Virus record (IMG/VR): IMGVR_UViG_3300048851_000168
Coordinates: 1 to 63,661 of that record
Length of the DNA: 63,661 nt
Direction: 5' to 3' (one strand)
Origin: a virus
Taxonomy: Duplodnaviria > Caudoviricetes
The translations under genes and the position numbers were made by a program. The notes beneath the pieces are model-generated. The model did not search any database. It saw only the letters and a list, made by a program, of their open reading frames with translations, and was not told the DNA's origin. This document shows positions 57,036 to 63,661 of the stretch, piece after piece; the first letter of the stretch is position 1, and the number at the start of each line of letters is the position of its first letter.

Positions 57036-58392
57036 CAATAAGCCGGCCCTCATTCCGGTGCCATTCGCCGACACCGGCACGAAGAATGTCATTCCAACGA
57101 ATCCGCCCGCGACGCCTGGCTTGGCATCATTGCAGCTGGGCTTCCCGCCTGTAACGATGATCGCATTGCCTGCCGGCGGCATCCCGCCGGAGGGCGCCGA
57201 CTTCAATGGCATCCTGAACCTCATCTCCGCGGCATCACGCTGGTCCCAAGCAGGGGGTGGATACACGTACGACTCGGATTTTGCGACAGCAATCGGCGGC
57301 TATCCGAAAGGATCTGTGCTGGTGAATACGGCTGGCGACGGGTTCTGGATCAGCTTAGTCGACAACAACACGGCGGACCCCGACGCCGGCGGCGCTGGCT
57401 GGGTGCCTGCGTTCAATCAGGGCATCAATGCCATCACGGGACTGACCAATGCAAACGTCACGCTGACGTCCGCGCAGTCTGCGAAGCCGATCATCACCCT
57501 GGCCGGCACCCTGACCGGCAATATCCAGATCATCTTCCCTGCCACGCAACAGCAATGGCTGGTCGTGAACGGCACGACCGGCGCCTTCACGGTGACGTGC
57601 AAGACGGCGGCCGGTACGGGCGTGGCAGTGTCGCAAGGCGGAGCGGCGCGGATCTATGGCGATGGTGCGAACATTGCCCTGCCGCCGCAGCAGGTCGGAT
57701 TGGCGACGGCGCCTACGCATGCCATGCAGTTGGCTCAGGCGACAGGACGGCTGATAGGCGTCCGGGTATTTGGCTCGGTAGGTACTTCAATATATACGCC
57801 GACACTAGGTACGAATGCGGTGATCGTCGAGCTTCAAGGAGGCGGCGCTGCCGGTGGCGGGACACCAGTGACTGGCTCTGGCCAGGCCGCCGTGGGTGGC
57901 GCAGGTGGCGGCGGAGGATATGCTATGTCATATCTCACCAGCGGCTTTAGCGGGGTGGCTGTCACTATTGGCTCGGGTGGAGCGCCTGCGGTGGCGGCGA
58001 CCGGCGGCGCAGGCGGGACATCGTCGTTCGGAGCGCTGCTCTCCGCAACGGGTGGATCAGGAGGACCTGGCGGTTCGTCCACCGTTACGCCACCATGGAT
58101 TACGGGCGGAGGATCAGGTGGGGTCGGGGTCGGTGGAAACATCGTCAATAAGGCCGGTGGACAAGGCGGATCGTCTTTCGCATTGAGCACCGGTTCAGCC
58201 TTGCAAGGGGGAGTAGGCGGTTTCTCCTTCCTCGGGGGTACTGGTGGCGCCGTGTCTCCTGGGAATGGATCGGGTAATTCTGCCGGGGTTCCTGGCGCAG
58301 GCGGGGGTGGTGTCGCGATGGGCCAGAGTCAGGCGTCTGTCCAAGGCGGAGCTGGGTTCCGCGGCGTCGCCGTTATTTGGGAGTATTCCTAA
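57025..58392 (+). CDS. Tail fibre with glycine-rich C-terminal domain
   Basis: GFPPVTM..GGIPP..DFNG, IGGYPKG; GGGG-rich tail ending VIWEY. Confidence 0.85.
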   Translation: MQTSNKPALIPVPFADTGTKNVIPTNPPATPGLASLQLGFPPVTMIALPAGGIPPEGADFNGILNLISAASRWSQAGGGYTYDSDFATAIGGYPKGSVLVNTAGDGFWISLVDNNTADPDAGGAGWVPAFNQGINAITGLTNANVTLTSAQSAKPIITLAGTLTGNIQIIFPATQQQWLVVNGTTGAFTVTCKTAAGTGVAVSQGGAARIYGDGANIALPPQQVGLATAPTHAMQLAQATGRLIGVRVFGSVGTSIYTPTLGTNAVIVELQGGGAAGGGTPVTGSGQAAVGGAGGGGGYAMSYLTSGFSGVAVTIGSGGAPAVAATGGAGGTSSFGALLSATGGSGGPGGSSTVTPPWITGGGSGGVGVGGNIVNKAGGQGGSSFALSTGSALQGGVGGFSFLGGTGGAVSPGNGSGNSAGVPGAGGGGVAMGQSQASVQGGAGFRGVAVIWEYS

Positions 58393-58574
58393 TGGAAAAT
58401 TATGCACGCGTAGACAAGGGGGTGGTTGTTGAGTTTTTCGATAACACCACCGGGTTGCCAATGTCCGAGCTCTTTCACCCTTCCTTGATCTGGGTTTTGG
58501 TTGGCGACGCCTCGCCGGAGATCGGGTGGCTATGGGACGGAGAGAAATTCACGCCGCCGGTCGCACCAGATTGA
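58392..58574 (+). CDS. Small tail-fibre assembly-like protein
   Basis: TAATG coupling; YARV..VVE..LFHP..IGW.WDG..FTPP. Confidence 0.7.
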   Translation: MENYARVDKGVVVEFFDNTTGLPMSELFHPSLIWVLVGDASPEIGWLWDGEKFTPPVAPD

Positions 58575-59728
58575 GCGACCGTGGCAAACACGACTGAGCA
58601 GAGTCGTTGAACAATCTTGCGCACACTGTCCGTCCTTAGCTCGAATGACCACCAGAAGGCAATGCAACATACATTCGTGATCGCAAGATATGCCATGAGT
58701 CTCATCAAATCATGGCTGTTGTAAGGCTTGTTGATCGCGGTCAGGGGATCAAAGGCGAACAACAGGACAAGAACAGGCAGATGCATCACGTAGAGGGAGT
58801 AACTAAACCCGGCGATGAACTTCGCTGGGCGGCGTAGCCCAAGGGTCGGCAGATTTACGGAAAGAACAATCACACACGCGGTGATAAGTCCCGTCAGAAA
58901 ATCGCGTAGGTACGTGCCAATATCGGGCGCCACAAGATCGGCGCATACCAGCGCTGATGCACCAATAAGCAGCGCGGCGGCGGATGCCGTAGGCGACGGT
59001 CTAATGAAGTAGGCGCCCGCGCCAAGTAGCCAGATGCAGAATCCAAACAAGAAGTACAGCGTCACTATCGGGGAAACCCGGGTCAGTATCAGAACGAATA
59101 TGGCGATCACGGCAAGCGCTAAGCCGCGTTGTTTGGCCGAACCGAACGGCAACAGGGCAAGCGCCGGAAGTAGCGCGTAGTACCAGAATTCGTTAGCCAA
59201 GCTCCACAAGGAAATGTTGGTGCCGTATTGCGGGACAAGGAAGTTGACGACGAAAAAGGCATTGCCCAAAAAGCGGGAAATGCTCCAGGCATCTCCATTG
59301 GCTATCCATCCAGGTAGGAATAGCGATGACCAATTCGATATGACGTACTCGCCGGCTCCCAAACTGACCGAGATGCGATCAAGGATAAAGGTCAGTATCA
59401 GGCAGGGAATGAGCACCGTCCAAAGCCTACTAAGGCGCGCTATGAGGTACTTCGGCCACTCGAAGACTTTGGCGCGCAACGCTTCGATGGCTCTTCCGCC
59501 CACTAAATACCCGCTCAGAACAAAGAAGACGATTACCGCGTCGTGAGACCACTTCGACAGATAGATGATGAGCGAGTGAACGGTCATCGTTATTTTGGAC
59601 TCAGGTCCGGCGTGGTTGCCGAAGAAGAACAGTTGATAAGCGTGGCCCAGTAGAACGGCTTGGGCCGCCCCGCCGCGCAATATATCCAGCCATACAGAAG
59701 TTCTCGGCGAGATCACCCTTGTCGACAT
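58475..59728 (-). CDS. Acyltransferase-3 family membrane O-acyltransferase (moron)
   Basis: LDILRG.AA..V..GH, FFVLSGY, RLSRL, WSLANEFWYY, SYSLY..H; lower GC. Confidence 0.92.
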   Translation of the reverse strand: MSTRVISPRTSVWLDILRGGAAQAVLLGHAYQLFFFGNHAGPESKITMTVHSLIIYLSKWSHDAVIVFFVLSGYLVGGRAIEALRAKVFEWPKYLIARLSRLWTVLIPCLILTFILDRISVSLGAGEYVISNWSSLFLPGWIANGDAWSISRFLGNAFFVVNFLVPQYGTNISLWSLANEFWYYALLPALALLPFGSAKQRGLALAVIAIFVLILTRVSPIVTLYFLFGFCIWLLGAGAYFIRPSPTASAAALLIGASALVCADLVAPDIGTYLRDFLTGLITACVIVLSVNLPTLGLRRPAKFIAGFSYSLYVMHLPVLVLLFAFDPLTAINKPYNSHDLMRLMAYLAITNVCCIAFWWSFELRTDSVRKIVQRLCSVVFATVAQSGATGGVNFSPSHSHPISGEASPTKTQIKEG

Positions 59729-59791
59729 TTCCCCTCCCACTCTTCCAGTAGAACGCGGGGATTGTAGTACTGACCATAGAGCCAACCCCAG

Positions 59792-59814
59792 AACCCGCCC
59801 CGGCGGGTTTTTTT
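59792..59814 (+). terminator. Intrinsic terminator
   Basis: AACCCGCC..GGCGGGTT followed by a T run. Confidence 0.75.
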
Positions 59815-59830
59815 ACGCCTGGAGAAATCA

Positions 59831-60166
59831 TTGTCGGACCCCAAGAACGACGACGCCGTCGCGAAGGCCCTCTGGGCTTTGAAAAAAGACCTGGATCAGC
59901 GCCATGACGAAAACGTCGGCCGCAGCCAGGATCACGAACGCAGCATGCGCGCGCTGAACGAGAAGGTGGACCGCGTGCTGGCTGGATTTCCCGACGGCGA
60001 TCCGGACGGCCACCGTCGATTTCACGAATCCATCATTGCGAAGAACGAAAGCCGCGCGCGCATGTACGAGGCGGTCCGCGATGAGCTGGTCACGAAAGGG
60101 TTATGGGCCACGATTGCGTTTATATGCGCCGCCCTCTGGTACTTCATCTGGAATCACAAGCCATGA
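59831..60166 (+). CDS. Holin/antiholin-like protein (one C-terminal TM)
   Basis: GGAG RBS; coupled to the endolysin. Confidence 0.55.
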   Translation: MSDPKNDDAVAKALWALKKDLDQRHDENVGRSQDHERSMRALNEKVDRVLAGFPDGDPDGHRRFHESIIAKNESRARMYEAVRDELVTKGLWATIAFICAALWYFIWNHKP

Positions 60167-60621
60167 ACCCCAAGGACTTCATTGCAGCCATCGCACCCGC
60201 GGCGCATGCATCGGCCGCGCACACCAAGATCCCGCCCAGCTTCACGATTGCCCAGGCCGCGCTGGAATCCGGGTGGGGAAAATCCCAGCTCGCGCGCGAG
60301 GCATTCAACCTGTTCGGTGTGAAAGCCGATGCGTCTTGGCATGGCGCTGTGCTGGAGCTGCCGACGAAGGAATTCATCGGTGGGCAGTGGGTGACGGAGG
60401 TTGCGCGGTGGCGCCGCTATCCGGGCTGGCTGGAATGCCTGGACGACCACGCGCGGTTCCTGACGGACAACCCGCGTTACCGGCCGGCATTCCAGTTCCA
60501 GGATGGCCGCCGCTTTGCCTCGGCAGTGGCCGCCGCTGGCTACGCGACCGACCCGACGTACTCGGCCAAGATCATTTCCATCATCCAGTTCCGAGGCCTG
60601 GCCGCGCTCGATACTGCCTGA
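60163..60621 (+). CDS. Endolysin, GH73 glucosaminidase (FlgJ-like)
   Basis: AQAALESGWG, NLFGVKA, GYATDP.Y. Confidence 0.92.
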   Translation: MNPKDFIAAIAPAAHASAAHTKIPPSFTIAQAALESGWGKSQLAREAFNLFGVKADASWHGAVLELPTKEFIGGQWVTEVARWRRYPGWLECLDDHARFLTDNPRYRPAFQFQDGRRFASAVAAAGYATDPTYSAKIISIIQFRGLAALDTA

Positions 60622-60644
60622 CCTTTCGCACCTGATTTTTCCTC

Positions 60645-60669
60645 GCCGCCTTCGGGCGGCTTTTTCTTT
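60645..60669 (+). terminator. Intrinsic terminator
   Basis: GCCGCC-TTCG-GGCGGC followed by a T run. Confidence 0.7.
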
Positions 60670-60679
60670 GGAGCGTTCC

Positions 60680-60967
60680 ATGACCGTGAAAGAGAAGTTG
60701 ATCGCGTGCGCCATCGCCGCGGTATTCCTGCTGTGCGTGCTGGCCGTCTACGGCTACCTGGTGGTGGCCGGCAAAGCGCCCATCGACCCGTTCCTGGCCA
60801 TCCTCACCACCCTGGTGACGGTGGTGATCGGCCTGGTCAGCGGTTTGGCAGGGCATGCGGCGGGTGCTGCGGGGGCGCCCGACGGCATAAACCCGCCGCG
60901 CGCGCCTGCCGCGCCGGTTCCGGGCTCGGACGTCGCCGCCACTACCCCGCCCGGCGCGCCGCAATGA
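60680..60967 (+). CDS. Two-TM membrane protein, holin-like
   Basis: GGAG RBS; two hydrophobic helices. Confidence 0.6.
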   Translation: MTVKEKLIACAIAAVFLLCVLAVYGYLVVAGKAPIDPFLAILTTLVTVVIGLVSGLAGHAAGAAGAPDGINPPRAPAAPVPGSDVAATTPPGAPQ

Positions 60968-61302
60968 TCCGCGTGTTCCTCGCCCTGGCGCTGGCCAGCC
61001 TGGCCAGCCTGGCCGGCTGCGCCAGCCTGACGGACGCCGGCATTGCCCACTACCAGGTCAGCACCTTCTACGACGCCGGCGCCGGCCGGGTCCTGTGCTG
61101 CCGCGCCGATATCCGCAACGGCAAGAACATCGACCGCGTCCAACTGCACGTGCGGCGCACGGCGGCCGATGACTGGACCGTCGACCTGACCGAGATCCGC
61201 ATCGACGCATCCACGGGCCAGGGCATCGCAGCCCAGGCCGCCGCCAGCGTCGCCGGTGCAGTTTCTGACGCGGCCACCTCGGCCGCGACCATCCTCAAAT
61301 AG
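60964..61302 (+). CDS. Lipoprotein (lysis region)
   Basis: Lipobox LAGC. Confidence 0.7.
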   Translation: MIRVFLALALASLASLAGCASLTDAGIAHYQVSTFYDAGAGRVLCCRADIRNGKNIDRVQLHVRRTAADDWTVDLTEIRIDASTGQGIAAQAAASVAGAVSDAATSAATILK

Positions 61303-61311
61303 GAATTTCCC

Positions 61312-61740
61312 ATGCGCAAGATTGCAACCATGGCGGCCGCTGCGGCCGTCGGCTTGATGCTGTCCGCCTGTGCCAGCCAGCAGCAGGCATCCAACCTTCA
61401 GGGCAAGATCGCCGCAGCGTGCCCGGTCGTTCAGGTTGCCCTGGCCAATGTACAGGCCCTGGGCGCCGGCCTGCCACCCGAGGTCCTGGCAAAGGCAGCC
61501 GACCTGGCTCCCGTCATCGCCCAGGTCTGCGCGGGCAACGCCACCATCGATACGGCCAGCCTGGCGAGCCTGGTGCAGACTGGCCTGCCGGCGTTGATTG
61601 CCGACATCAATGCCACCACGCTGCCGGCCGATACGAAGGCACGCGCGGTAACGGCCCTGGCGCTGGCTCAGATCGCTTTGACGGCGGTCGTGCAGCTCGC
61701 ACCCCAGCCGACGGCCAGCGTCGCGCCTGCGCCGCAATGA
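61312..61740 (+). CDS. Lipoprotein (lysis region), Ala-rich helical
   Basis: Lipobox LSAC; hydrophobic C-terminal segment. Confidence 0.7.
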   Translation: MRKIATMAAAAAVGLMLSACASQQQASNLQGKIAAACPVVQVALANVQALGAGLPPEVLAKAADLAPVIAQVCAGNATIDTASLASLVQTGLPALIADINATTLPADTKARAVTALALAQIALTAVVQLAPQPTASVAPAPQ

Positions 61741-62102
61741 GCCGCTTCCTGACGCAGTTGTCGGTGCGTCGGGAGGACCGGCGGGATATCGGGAAATGGA
61801 TCCTGAATGTCCCGCTGGTCTACCAATCGGATGTCGCCGGCCGGACGATCAAGGTGCCGGCTGGGTTCTCCACCGATTTCGCCTCGGTGCCGCGGTGGCT
61901 GCCGTTTGCCTTCGCCTGGCTTGGCGGTCATGGGGACTCGGCGGCCACGGTGCATGATTTCCTGTACACCCGGAAGCCTGTCAGCCGCCGCATGGCGGAC
62001 CTGGTGCTGCGCGAGGCCCTAGCGGCTTCCTACGTCGCGCGCTGGCGGATCCCGCTGTTCTACTGGGGCGTGCGGCTGTTCGGCTGGTCGCATTGGCGTT
62101 GA
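61737..62102 (+). CDS. DUF1353 family protein
   Basis: VPAGFSTDFASVPR, AATVHDFLY, GVRLFG. Confidence 0.85.
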   Translation: MSRFLTQLSVRREDRRDIGKWILNVPLVYQSDVAGRTIKVPAGFSTDFASVPRWLPFAFAWLGGHGDSAATVHDFLYTRKPVSRRMADLVLREALAASYVARWRIPLFYWGVRLFGWSHWR

Positions 62103-62207
62103 CGGAAGTGTGCATCGAAGTGATCAACACGGCTTTTTGTTGAACTTCCCGTTTCCATTGGGCGCGAGGTTATATTCGCGTACATTCGAATTCTGGGGAG
62201 AAAATAA

Positions 62208-62630
62208 ATGCGAAGATTGCTGGTCCTATTCGCCATTGCTTTGTTGGGAGGGTGTTCCACGACGGCAGTGACTGCCGATAAGGCGACTCCAATCAAGCTT
62301 GATCGCCAAGTCGCACTTGCAACGCGCTCGGGCGACGCAGATGCCACCGTTGTAGTTACGCGCGATGCAGGCATGATGGGATCCGGCTGTTATATGACGT
62401 TTTTCGTCGATGGGAAGCCGGCTGCAAGGTTTGAAACTGCTGAAACGGCCAAGTTCTTCATCCCTGCTGGCACGGTGATTTTCGGCGTCAGTTTGGAAGG
62501 GTCCGGACTATGTGCGATGAATCCGGCACGGCGGGAGCGGGAGTTCTTACTCCGAGCCCACGATGACCGAAGATTTCGCCTTTTCATGGGTTCAGACGGG
62601 GATGCTGACGTGTTGCCTACCACGCTGTAA
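62208..62630 (+). CDS. Moron lipoprotein
   Basis: GGAG RBS, lipobox LGGC, VTRDAG..GSGC..VDG; AT-rich upstream region. Confidence 0.8.
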   Translation: MRRLLVLFAIALLGGCSTTAVTADKATPIKLDRQVALATRSGDADATVVVTRDAGMMGSGCYMTFFVDGKPAARFETAETAKFFIPAGTVIFGVSLEGSGLCAMNPARREREFLLRAHDDRRFRLFMGSDGDADVLPTTL

Positions 62631-62672
62631 CGCGGCACGGATCAATGGCGAAGCAATTCATCTGCTCGGCCG

Positions 62673-63661
62673 CTAGGCAATGCGTCGGCTCCGCTCGCCT
62701 GTCACCTTCCGCGCCGGCTTATCCTCGCGCACGCCCTGGAAAGACGCCTGCCGAAGGATGCCGCCGTTCGTGATCGTGGTGTAGGCGACTTCCACGACCA
62801 TTTCCGGCCGGACCCAATGCATGACCGGTTTCGAATTGCCGCCCCATCGATCCGACAGCACAGGCCTTTCGGTGAACGGCATTTCATCGGTCGCCAGGGG
62901 CGCCAGGCGCTTCATCAGCATGTCGATCGTCTGCCGCTGTACCCGGTGCCAACCCGGCCGGCATAGCGCAGCTTGGCGCCATCGCGCAGCCCGACGAGCA
63001 GGGCGCCGAAGCCGCTCCTGGATCCACTTGGATTCGTCCACCCGCCGACGACAAACTCCTGCCTGGGCCGGCATTTCAGCTTGATCCAGGTATTGGTCCT
63101 CCCCGCGCGGTACGGCGCATCCAGGCGCTTACCCATCAGACCTTCCAGTTTGCGTTTGCACGCCTCGGCCAGCAGCGCGGCCGCGTGGTCGGCATCGTCG
63201 ACATCCGCGACCACGCTTCGAAGGATGGCGGCGTTATCGGGAATGTCGGCAAGGACGGCCCGCAGCGCCTTGGCGCGCTCGCGCAACGGGTAATCGCGCA
63301 GGTCCTGGTCGTTCCACCAAGGGATGTCGAAGGCGACGAATTGCACCTGCTTGGCCACGCTCTTGTCCATGGCGTTCTGCAGGCGCTGGAAGCTGCTCAC
63401 GCCGAACTCGTCCAGCACCACGATTTCGCCGTCCAGCCAGCCGGTGCCGGCCAGGTCAAGCGCCTCGATTCGCGCCACCAGGTCGGCAAGCTTTGGCGTC
63501 CAGTCCTTCGCCTCACGGCTGAAGAAGCGCGCGCCGGACTCGTCGATTCGACATAGCATCCGGTAGCCGTCGTACTTGAGCTCGTAGGCGTAGCCGCTGG
63601 GCGGCGGTGCGTCTACGAGCGTCGCAAGCGGCGGCTTGATGAATTCGGGGAGGCTGGCCAT
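62673..63661 (-). pseudogene. ligD: ATP-dependent DNA ligase (LigD ligase domain), frameshifted near 62932
   Basis: ELKYDGYR, LDGE, EGLMGK, WIKLK, GRVGTG in one frame; WVRPEMVVEV..LRQASFQGVREDK in another. Confidence 0.85.

Larger units (their letters stand above)
1..63661. mobile_element. Temperate prophage (lambdoid regulation, contractile-tail virion module); boundaries lie at or beyond the window edges
   Basis: Integrase, immunity switch, replication, terminase-head-tail and lysis genes in canonical order; no att repeat visible. Confidence 0.95.

Noticed and set aside
57025-58574. Diversity-generating retroelement or invertible fibre cassette
   Set aside because: No reverse transcriptase, template/variable repeat pair, invertase or flanking inverted repeats seen

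Overview
The window is a near-complete temperate prophage in a high-GC host; a betaproteobacterial (Alcaligenaceae/Burkholderiaceae-like) host is my inference. It runs from a tyrosine integrase at the left edge (att site not in the window) to a frameshifted ATP-dependent DNA ligase at the right edge. The layout is lambdoid. A leftward early operon encodes Xis, an RdgC-FtsK-gamma fusion, DUF5131, two DNA methyltransferases, a YqaJ exonuclease and a KTSC protein. It is followed by a cI/cro switch with five TAGCAAYGCTA-type operators and clear pL/pR promoters, a rightward replication/nin/Q region, a myovirus-type virion module (PBSX terminase, DUF1073 portal, DUF2213, DUF2184 capsid, DUF3383 sheath, baseplate, fibre) and a GH73 lysis cassette. 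Most notable: (1) an Acb1-like 2H phosphoesterase (anti-CBASS) fused to the DUF2213 head-maturation protein through an AMDA motif that recurs in other head proteins; (2) an HNH endonuclease inserted into the DUF5131 gene that supplies a recoded replacement 5' end; (3) stop-free, translationally coupled 'bridge' ORFs crossing antisense morons; (4) about 1.1 kb of hairpin-rich non-coding sequence with repeated structural units in the pL operon. All family assignments come from recognising motifs by eye; no database search was run.
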